In this document: positions 47,536 to 54,718 of the stretch, piece after piece
Position numbering within the stretch: the first letter of the stretch is position 1
How the letters are laid out: every line of letters starts with the position of its first letter
Assembly: GCA_016702745.1 (NCBI GenBank)
Contig: JADJDJ010000001.1
Location: 547,463 to 611,462 of the forward strand
Direction: 5' to 3'
DNA length: 64,000 nt
Source: Chitinophagaceae bacterium
GTDB taxonomy: Bacteria; Bacteroidota; Bacteroidia; Chitinophagales; Chitinophagaceae
Notes under the pieces: generated by a model
What the model was told of the DNA's origin: nothing
Seen by the model: only the letters and a program-made list of their open reading frames with translations
Database searches by the model: none
Program-made: the position numbers and the translations under genes

Positions 47536-48294
47536 TTAGAGAATCGCCGACCGGTTCACATAGGCGGGGTGATAGATAAACATACAGGAACCATTGCGGA
47601 TGGTGTTGATCACCGGGATGGCCAGGTTACTGGGAACCGCTGGACAACCCTGACTGCGGCCGATATAACCCTGATTCTGTACATAGGAATCGTTGACATA
47701 AGGGGCACCATGGACCACGATTCCTCTTTCGTATGCATTGTCATTGATACCGGGTTCAAGCCCTTCCAGTTTGAGTGAATAACCATTCTTGCCTTCATAG
47801 GTTTCCCGGGTAATATAGAAACCCGGACTGCTCATATAGGAAGAATGCTGATTGGAAAACTGGTTGGCCATTTCTTTTCCGGAATTGCGGCCATGGGACA
47901 CGAGGGTATTGTAGATCACCCGGTAATTTTTCATATCGAGGATAAACAATCTTTTTTCGCTGCTGGGTTTGCTGAAATCAATAATGGAAATAATAGAGTC
48001 GTTCAGTAAACGACCTTCTTCCAGTAAGCGTTCAAAGCCTTTTTTGGCATATTCAAATGCATCCCGGCTTAAGCCGCGTAACTGTAATTGCAGGCTATCG
48101 TAAACTGATTTTCCGGGGCTATAAAGCAGGAGGGAGTCGGCAATATGACTGCTGTTTGATCCGGCCGGAGGATGTAAAAACAATTTGCTGCCGGTGGCAG
48201 ATTTCGCAAAAGCAAAGGGTAAGTGGAGGATCCCGATGACCAGGGAACTGATAAATAAATAGAATGCCTTAACTCTTTTCATAGTGCTACTCAT
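47536..48294 (-). CDS. L,D-transpeptidase-fold (YkuD_2-like) protein
   Basis: Signal peptide. SHGRNSG...VVHGAPYV...GRSQGCPAV shows the catalytic His/Cys context typical of murein L,D-transpeptidase catalytic-domain family proteins. Confidence 0.75.
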   Translation of the reverse strand: MSSTMKRVKAFYLFISSLVIGILHLPFAFAKSATGSKLFLHPPAGSNSSHIADSLLLYSPGKSVYDSLQLQLRGLSRDAFEYAKKGFERLLEEGRLLNDSIISIIDFSKPSSEKRLFILDMKNYRVIYNTLVSHGRNSGKEMANQFSNQHSSYMSSPGFYITRETYEGKNGYSLKLEGLEPGINDNAYERGIVVHGAPYVNDSYVQNQGYIGRSQGCPAVPSNLAIPVINTIRNGSCMFIYHPAYVNRSAIL

Positions 48295-48612
48295 CCCTGT
48301 GTTGGCAGGGCGCCATTAACCGTGATTATTTAACGCAGGGTTTTGGGATTTCGTATCAGCGCAGTAGTGGTTGTGGAAAAGTCTGAATAACGGGGCTAAT
48401 CAGACTGCAAATTTACTGAATAAGCGGGGAGGGCTCTTGTTAAATCGGGTTAGTTGTCCTATTTATTGAGTCAGATCATCAAACCCCTGATTTGGGAGCT
48501 CATACAGGGTCCATTTTGAACAAAAACCCGTGTTTGGATTTTCGAATACTTTCCGGCCTTCCCGGGAACCCTGTTAAAAACAAAAACATTTGGATGAAAA
48601 ACCTCCGGCTGT

Positions 48613-48620
48613 TATCTTTG
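48613..48620 (+). promoter_or_regulatory. Putative -7 promoter box (TAtcTTTG) for tRNA-Asp
   Basis: Exact TAnnTTTG match 45 nt upstream of tRNA-Asp nt 1. Confidence 0.5.
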
Positions 48621-48665
48621 CACTCCTTAAAAAAGCGACTGTTTACAGTGGCTGATAAGGTAAAC

Positions 48666-48739
48666 GGATCGGTAGTTCAGTTGGTTAGAATGCCGCCCTG
48701 TCACGGCGGAGGTCGCGGGTTCGAGTCCCGTCCGGTCCG
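48666..48739 (+). tRNA. tRNA-Asp (anticodon GUC)
   Basis: Acceptor GGATCGG/CCGGTCC (one G-U), D arm GTTCAGTTGGTTAGAAT, anticodon arm CCGCC-CTGTCAC-GGCGG, T arm GCGGG-TTCGAGT-CCCGT, discriminator G. Confidence 0.93.
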
Positions 48740-48744
48740 CAGAA

Positions 48745-48776
48745 AGCTCCACAGCAATGTGGGGCTTTTTGTTTTT
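48745..48776 (+). terminator. Rho-independent terminator after tRNA-Asp (repeated with every array unit)
   Basis: AGCTCCACA-GCAA-TGTGGGGCT forms a 9-bp stem with a GNRA loop, followed by TTTTTGTTTTT. The same hairpin recurs at about 48925, 49105, 49265, 49379 and 49903. Confidence 0.8.
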
Positions 48777-49480
48777 AAAGTAGTTCAGGAAGTATTGGTC
48801 GTACAGTAGGTGAAATTGCCGCACTGTCATCCCCACAGCATTGTGAGGACGGGTCCCGACGCTACGGTCGGGATGCCGACAAGCGAAGCTTCGTCGTCAT
48901 TCGAGTCCCGTCCGGTCCGCAGAAAGCTCCACAGCAATGTGGGGCTTTTTGTTTTTAAAGTAGTTCAGGAAGTATTGGTCGTACAGTAGGTGAAATTGCC
49001 GCACTGTCATCCCCACAGCATTGTGAGGACGGGTCCCGACGCTACGGTCGGGATGCCGACAAGCGAAGCTTCGTCGTCATTCGAGTCCCGTCCGGTCCGC
49101 AGAAAGCTCCACAGCAATGTGGGGCTTTTTGTTTTTAGTAGATCATTTGGTTAGAATGCCGCCCTGTCATCCCCACAGTATTGTGGGGACGGGTCCCGAC
49201 GCTACGGTCGGGATGCCGACAAGCGAAGCTTCGTCGTCATTCGAGTCCCGTCCGGTCCGCAAAAAGCTCCACAGCAATGTGGGGCTTTTGTTTTTAGTAG
49301 ATCATTTGGTTAGAATGCCGCCCTGTCATCCCCACAGCATTGTGGGGACGGTGTTCGAGTCCCGTCCGGTCCGCAGAAAGCTCCACAGCAATGTGGGGCT
49401 TTTTGTTTTTAGTAGATCATTTGGTTAGAATGCCGCCCTGTCATCCCCACAGTATTGTGGGGACGGTGTTCGAGTCCCGT
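48777..49480 (+). repeat. Array of five tRNA-Asp-derived partial copies (180, 180, 159, 115 and 70 nt), each carrying inserted hairpin modules
   Basis: U1 (48777-48956) and U2 (48957-49136) are 180/180 identical. U3 is 49137-49295, U4 is 49296-49410, and U5 is 49411-49480 (truncated after TTCGAGTCCCGT). All keep D-arm/anticodon-5' sequence and U1-U4 keep the 3' 22 nt TTCGAGTCCCGTCCGGTCCGCA, but none has the 5' acceptor strand or the 3' anticodon-stem strand. Confidence 0.92.
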
Positions 49481-49523
49481 ACGATTTTGATGAAGAATTG
49501 AGAAATCTTTGATTTTTGTATGG

Positions 49524-49799
49524 ATGGCTTATTATGTGTATATCATCCAGAGTGCAAAAGATATGAGTTATTATAAAGGGTACTCTTGTGATCCTGTTAT
49601 CCGATTACAACAGCACAATAACAGGGAATCATCTTATACATCTGGAAAATGCCCTTGGAAACTCGTTTATGTGGAAGAATTGGGTTCGAAAAAAGAAGCG
49701 TTGATCCGGGAAAAAAATCTAAAGAAAGCTACAAGGGAACGAATTGAAGCGTTAATTAATCACCCTAAAAACATAGTGGAGCGTTTTCTAGGGAATTGA
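49524..49799 (+). CDS. Small GIY-YIG nuclease-superfamily protein (COG2827/UPF0213-like, 91 aa)
   Basis: MAYYVYIIQS...SYYKGYS (GIY...YIG), RLQQHN (conserved Arg) and KKEALIREKNLKK (conserved Glu). Embedded between tRNA-Asp-derived units U5 and U6. Confidence 0.85.
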   Translation: MAYYVYIIQSAKDMSYYKGYSCDPVIRLQQHNNRESSYTSGKCPWKLVYVEELGSKKEALIREKNLKKATRERIEALINHPKNIVERFLGN

Positions 49800-49831
49800 A
49801 GAGTTTAACTCACGGTTCATTTTTCCAAAAT

Positions 49832-49934
49832 GGGATTAATTGCCGCCCTGTCATCCCCACAGCTTTGTGGGGACGGGTTCGAGTCCCGTCCGGTCCGCAG
49901 GAAGCTCCACAGCAATGTGGGGCTTTTTGTTTTT
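49832..49934 (+). repeat. Sixth tRNA-Asp-derived unit (U6) downstream of the GIY-YIG gene
   Basis: GGGATTAATTGCCGCCCTGTCA + TCCCCACAGCTTTGTGGGGA + CGGGTTCGAGTCCCGTCCGGTCCGCA + terminator hairpin. The T arm ACGGG/CCCGT is intact here. Confidence 0.9.
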
Positions 49935-50078
49935 AGAGAATCTCCTGTTTAAAATGTTGCATCTCAGAAAAAAGTGATTAAGCAACGATAACCGCTTTTT
50001 GTCCCTGATTATCAATTATTAGCCCCTAAAACCGCTATTATCATATAATCCTTAATTTAGCCCCTCATTTTTAAGCCT

Positions 50079-51050
50079 ATGCCAACTGATGCCAACAGGC
50101 AATTCCTGGATTTTGAGAAGCCGATCAAGGACCTCATTGATGAGATCCAGACGATGCGGCACCGCCAGGAAAAGACCAAGATCGACTTTTCAGATTCCAT
50201 TCAGAAACTGGAAGCAGGGATTCTTGAGAAAAGAAAGGAAATCACCCAGCATCTCAGTAGCTGGCAAAGAGTTCAGCTCAGCCGCCATCCCGATCGGCCT
50301 TATACCATGAAGTATATCGATAAAATGACCACACAGTTTGTGGAGTTATATGGGGATCGGAATGTAAAGGATGATAAAGCCATGGTCGGTGGATTTGCCT
50401 CCCTGAACGGAGAAACGGTGATGATCATTGGTCAGCAAAAAGGAATCAATACCAAGATGCGTCAGATGCGCAATTTCGGTATGGCCAACCCCGAAGGTTA
50501 CCGCAAAGCACTCCGCCTGATGAAACTGGCTGAGAAATTTAATAAACCGGTGATCACTTTGATTGATACGCCCGGTGCCTATCCCGGACTGGAAGCAGAA
50601 GAAAGAGGACAGGGGGAAGCCATTGCCCGGAATATTTATGAAATGATCCGTCTGAAAGTACCCGTGATCTGTGTGATCATCGGAGAAGGAGCCAGTGGTG
50701 GTGCATTGGGTATTGGTGTAGGCGATAGAGTGTACATGATGGAAAATACATGGTACACCGTTATCTCTCCCGAAAGCTGCTCCTCTATTCTCTGGCGCAG
50801 CTGGGATAAAAAGGAAGTAGCGGCAGAACAACTCAGACTGACCGCTGAAAAAATGAAGGGCTTCGGATTGATTGACGGCATTATCCCCGAACCATTCGGT
50901 GGTGCACATTGGGATTACCAGGAAGCAGCCACTATTCTTAAAGATTTTCTGGTCCCCGTGCTCAAAGAATTAAAAACCATTCCGCCAGAACAAAGAGTGA
51001 GCAACCGGATTGAGAAGTTTGGGAAGATGGGTTTTTGGGAAGAAGTGTAG
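50079..51050 (+). CDS. accA: Acetyl-CoA carboxylase carboxyltransferase alpha subunit
   Basis: [54 protein letters not shown]. Confidence 0.96.
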   Translation: MPTDANRQFLDFEKPIKDLIDEIQTMRHRQEKTKIDFSDSIQKLEAGILEKRKEITQHLSSWQRVQLSRHPDRPYTMKYIDKMTTQFVELYGDRNVKDDKAMVGGFASLNGETVMIIGQQKGINTKMRQMRNFGMANPEGYRKALRLMKLAEKFNKPVITLIDTPGAYPGLEAEERGQGEAIARNIYEMIRLKVPVICVIIGEGASGGALGIGVGDRVYMMENTWYTVISPESCSSILWRSWDKKEVAAEQLRLTAEKMKGFGLIDGIIPEPFGGAHWDYQEAATILKDFLVPVLKELKTIPPEQRVSNRIEKFGKMGFWEEV

Positions 51051-51052
51051 AG

Positions 51053-51087
51053 GAGTCGTGAGTCATGAGTCTTGAGTCAAGAGTCAG
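51053..51087. repeat. Five in-phase heptamers GAGTCNN (GAGTCGT GAGTCAT GAGTCTT GAGTCAA GAGTCAG)
   Basis: Starts 3 nt after the accA stop codon. The core is invariant and the last two positions differ in every unit. Confidence 0.9.
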
Positions 51088-51139
51088 GAATTGAAACAGG
51101 CTACAATATTCAGGCAACAATAAAAAAGAAAGGACAATA

Positions 51140-52027
51140 ATGTCACTAAGGGAGAAATTTACAGGTACGGGAATTGCTATCGTGACCCCTTTTCATGAAG
51201 ATGGGAGTATTGATTGGGAGAGTTACAGTAAGCTTATCGAATTCTGGATCAGCAGCGGAGTGGAATACCTGGTGGTATTGGGTACCACCGGCGAAAGCGC
51301 AACCATTCATGGTCAGGAAAAACAGGAAGTATTTTCTTTTGTGGCCAGAGAAGTGGCCGGCCGTTTGCCCCTGATGGCAGGTATTGGTGGTAATGATACC
51401 CATGAAGTGATTCAGGCTATCACCGGATTTGATCTGAAAGGTTATGAAGCCATTCTTTCTGTGAGTCCTTATTATAATAAACCCAATCAGGAAGGAATTT
51501 TCCAGCATTATAAAGCATTGGATGCGGCAACACCCCTGCCCATTATGATGTACAATGTGCCTTCCCGTACCGGGATGAGTGTATCTGCTGCCACACAACT
51601 GCGTATTGCCCGTGAACTGAAAAATATCTTCGGTACCAAGGAAGCCAGCGGCAATTTTGATCTGCTGAACCAGCTGATCAAAAACAAACCAGATGATTTC
51701 CTGGTGGTCAGTGGTGATGATCCGATCACGCTGCAAATGATTGCACAGGGTGCAGATGGTGTAATCTCCGTTGTAGCCAATGCTTATCCAAAAGATTTTT
51801 CAGAGATGGTTCGTCTTTGTTTAAAAGGAGAATTTAAAAAAGCTTCGCCCCTTCATTATAAATACATCGACATCATTTCTTCCCTGTTTGCGGAAGGCAG
51901 TCCCAGCGGGGTTAAAGCCTATCTTGCTGAAATGGGCCTTTGTAAAAATACTTTCCGCTTACCTGTGTACAAAGTCAGTGATACACTGATGGAACAAATC
52001 AGACAATTGATGAAGGCAGTTCAATAA
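51140..52027 (+). CDS. dapA: 4-hydroxy-tetrahydrodipicolinate synthase
   Basis: GTGIAIVTPF, VVLGTTGESATI, YNVPSRTG, and an active-site Lys context (FGTKEASG). Confidence 0.95.
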   Translation: MSLREKFTGTGIAIVTPFHEDGSIDWESYSKLIEFWISSGVEYLVVLGTTGESATIHGQEKQEVFSFVAREVAGRLPLMAGIGGNDTHEVIQAITGFDLKGYEAILSVSPYYNKPNQEGIFQHYKALDAATPLPIMMYNVPSRTGMSVSAATQLRIARELKNIFGTKEASGNFDLLNQLIKNKPDDFLVVSGDDPITLQMIAQGADGVISVVANAYPKDFSEMVRLCLKGEFKKASPLHYKYIDIISSLFAEGSPSGVKAYLAEMGLCKNTFRLPVYKVSDTLMEQIRQLMKAVQ

Positions 52028-52036
52028 TCAGAGTAT

Positions 52037-53179
52037 ATGATGCGGCGGTTACTCATAATATTATTTTTTTCCTTTTCAACCGCCTTTGCACAATCTGTAC
52101 GATTCCTGCTGACATCATTGCCAGCCAATCATCCAACGGGCTCCACCATTTTCCTCGCCGGTTCCTTTAATCAATGGAATCCCGCTGATTCACAATATAA
52201 ATTCCAACAGGATGCCGGTGGTCAGTATTTATTGCAGGTTAATCTCCCTCAAGGAAATCATGCTTATAAAATCACCCGTGGCAGTTGGGAGAAAGTAGAA
52301 TGTACGGGAACCGGCGCCGCTATCGGGAACCGGCAATTGAATCCGGCAACAAACAGCGAAATAAAATTATCAGTAGCGGGCTGGCAGGATTTGCTGGGTG
52401 TAAAAGAAAAATTACCGACGTTCAGTAAGCAAGTAAGCATTCTCGATACTGCATTTTATATACCACAGTTAGACCGTAAGCGAACGATCCGGATCTATCT
52501 GCCCGCTGAGTATGCCGGGTCGAAAAAAAGATACTCAGTGATGTATATGCATGATGGTCAGAATTTGTTTGATGACCGGACTTCTTATGCCGGGGAATGG
52601 GGAGTGGATGAATACCTGGATTCAATGATCAAAAAACCCTGTATTGTAGTGGCGATTGATAACGGCGGCTCTTATCGGATGAATGAATATTGTCCTTTCG
52701 ACTTTGTACTCGGCCAGGATCAATCCAAAAAGCAAAAAGGAGAGGGCAGGGACTATGTTTCATTTATTGTGAATACCCTGAAACCTTTTATTGATAAAAA
52801 ACTGCGGACCAAAAAAGAAAAGGGACATACGTTTATTGCCGGTTCGTCTATGGGCGGACTGATTTCACTCTATGCAACACTGGCCTATCCCAAAATCTTT
52901 GGCGGTGCCGGTGTTTTTTCTCCTTCTGTCTGGATCTGTAAAAAAGAATTACTGGCCTTTACAAAAGCAAAGGGTACGTCTGTACGCTCCCGTATCTTCT
53001 TTTACAGCGGCAAACAGGAGAGCCGGGAAATGGTGTCTGATATGCTGACGGTATTTGAAACACTACAAAAGCAATCGAAGTCGAAAATGACAGTAATCAT
53101 CAGGGATGAAGGTCAGCACAACGAAACGACCTGGAGAAAAGAATTACCTGGTTTTTTCCAATGGATACTACGCGATTAG
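52037..53179 (+). CDS. Secreted alpha/beta-hydrolase (esterase family) with an N-terminal carbohydrate-binding-like domain
   Basis: Signal peptide. A CBM20/48-like segment (IFLAGSFNQWNP...HAYKITRGSWEKVE). The esterase part has MYMHDGQNLFD and the nucleophile elbow AGSSMGG. Confidence 0.75.
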   Translation: MMRRLLIILFFSFSTAFAQSVRFLLTSLPANHPTGSTIFLAGSFNQWNPADSQYKFQQDAGGQYLLQVNLPQGNHAYKITRGSWEKVECTGTGAAIGNRQLNPATNSEIKLSVAGWQDLLGVKEKLPTFSKQVSILDTAFYIPQLDRKRTIRIYLPAEYAGSKKRYSVMYMHDGQNLFDDRTSYAGEWGVDEYLDSMIKKPCIVVAIDNGGSYRMNEYCPFDFVLGQDQSKKQKGEGRDYVSFIVNTLKPFIDKKLRTKKEKGHTFIAGSSMGGLISLYATLAYPKIFGGAGVFSPSVWICKKELLAFTKAKGTSVRSRIFFYSGKQESREMVSDMLTVFETLQKQSKSKMTVIIRDEGQHNETTWRKELPGFFQWILRD

Positions 53180-54078
53180 ATTTCATAACAAACCCCTTCG
53201 AGTGCCAGGCTGGTCTCGGGAAATACTTCTCTTGCTTCCTGTTCAAATTCCTCCAGTGTATCATATTTACTGCTGAAATGTCCGATCAGTAATTTTTTAA
53301 CACCTGCTTTTACAGCCATCTCAGCCGCCTGTTTACTGGTAGAATGAAACCGGGCTTCGGCTCTTTCCCGAAGGTTATCGAGATAAGTGGTTTCATGATA
53401 AATCATATCAAAACCTTCAATATGCGGGATCAAAGATTCATCATACCGGGTATCGGCACAAAAAGCGTAACGCCGGCCGGGTTCGTCAGGAGCCGTTACC
53501 CATTCGTTTTTGACCAGGGTGCCGTCTTTGCGGGTATAATCTTCACCATTTTTAAGCCGGTCGTAAAAGGATTGTGGAATTTCATAGGCCCTGGCCTGCT
53601 CGGGCAGGAGGGAGCGGGCTTTTTTCTTTTCTGTAAAGCTGAAACCGTAACACTCAATCCGGTGATTGGTCCGGAAGCATTTCACAGTCAATTTATCGGT
53701 GTCAACGAGGGTAGCCGGTCCGGAAATGGTATGTAATTGCAAAGGGAAACAAAGCTGGGTATCGGCCACTTTCAGTTGTAATTCGATGATTTCTTTCAGT
53801 GGTGAAGGTCCGAATACATGCAATTCCTGCTGATGACTTAATAAGCCAAGGGTATTGAGCAATCCGATCAGTCCGAAGTAATGGTCACCATGCAGGTGAG
53901 AAATAAAAATGTGCGAGATTTTACTCCGGCGAATCTTGTAATTGATCAGTTGGATCTGGGTGCCTTCTCCACAATCAACAAGGTAGTTCTGGCCGTCAAG
54001 AGTAACTACCTGACTGGTCGGGTGACGGTCGAAGGCGGGAACTGCAGAGTTATTGCCAAGAATTGTAACTGAAAACAT
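53176..54078 (-). CDS. rnz: Ribonuclease Z (tRNA 3' endonuclease)
   Basis: MFSVTILGNNSAVP...LVDCGEGTQ...ISHLHGDHYFGL metallo-beta-lactamase motif, 300 aa. Confidence 0.92.
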   Translation of the reverse strand: MFSVTILGNNSAVPAFDRHPTSQVVTLDGQNYLVDCGEGTQIQLINYKIRRSKISHIFISHLHGDHYFGLIGLLNTLGLLSHQQELHVFGPSPLKEIIELQLKVADTQLCFPLQLHTISGPATLVDTDKLTVKCFRTNHRIECYGFSFTEKKKARSLLPEQARAYEIPQSFYDRLKNGEDYTRKDGTLVKNEWVTAPDEPGRRYAFCADTRYDESLIPHIEGFDMIYHETTYLDNLRERAEARFHSTSKQAAEMAVKAGVKKLLIGHFSSKYDTLEEFEQEAREVFPETSLALEGVCYEI

Positions 54079-54125
54079 CAGGTGCCGGGTTTAGGTGTGG
54101 TCGGGCTGTAGGAACAAATCTAAGA

Positions 54126-54548
54126 CTAAACCGGGTTCTCATTCGCTGCATCTTCGTCGCCGAACATTTCTCTTTCCATTTCCTCCATCTGCACAATATC
54201 CCAGGCCTCGGATTCGGTCGGGGTTACGTTGATTAACTCCAGCAATTCCTGCTGGTCCAGGTAGTCCTCCACAGCCTGTTGCAGTTCGCAGATGACAAAG
54301 GAAGCGCCACTTTCGTAAAATTGCTGTTGAATTTCCACCAGTTTTTCTGCGGCAGCCGGTTCTACCGAACCTACCTCAGCCATGCGGAGTACCAGGTTTT
54401 TGACCTTCGCTTCAGCCGCTTGGGCGTCATTTTGCAGGTAAGAAAGCAGGTATTTCTCCATTTCCCCTGTCATACTAGCAGATAAAACAGGTTCTGACAG
54501 TGTTACAACATGGAATTTTTCTTTGGTATCAGATTTGACATTCATCAT
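54126..54548 (-). CDS. STAS-like (anti-sigma antagonist fold) small acidic protein, putative
   Basis: 140 aa. FHVVTLSEPVLSASMTGEMEKYLL resembles a STAS N-terminus, with an acidic C-terminal tail. Weak, memory-based call. Confidence 0.45.
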   Translation of the reverse strand: MMNVKSDTKEKFHVVTLSEPVLSASMTGEMEKYLLSYLQNDAQAAEAKVKNLVLRMAEVGSVEPAAAEKLVEIQQQFYESGASFVICELQQAVEDYLDQQELLELINVTPTESEAWDIVQMEEMEREMFGDEDAANENPV

Positions 54549-54718
54549 ATGTAATGGGTTTCAGCATTTAACAGCACCCGGGGGAGCTGCCGGTAAAATG
54601 GAAAGCTGTTAAAACTGTGAGGTAAAAACAACTTAACTTATCAACATTCCGTTTATAATAACGGGTAAACCCGAACCGATTTTATTTGTTAATATTGTAG
54701 CACAACCAATTATCTTCA

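Noticed and set aside
48492-49428. ORFs 48492-48809 (105 aa) and 49117-49428 (103 aa).
   Set aside because: They read straight through tRNA-Asp and its derived repeats (repeated VRMPPCH and FESRPVR(R/K)KLHSNVGLF peptides). They are artefacts of repeat translation.
48777-49480. The units could be additional functional tRNA-Asp genes or intron-containing tRNAs.
   Set aside because: Every unit lacks the 5' acceptor strand (GGATCGG), and the 3' anticodon-stem strand GGCGG is replaced by an unrelated hairpin. No cloverleaf can form. The inserted segment replaces sequence rather than sitting cleanly at position 37/38, and it is far too short for a group I intron.
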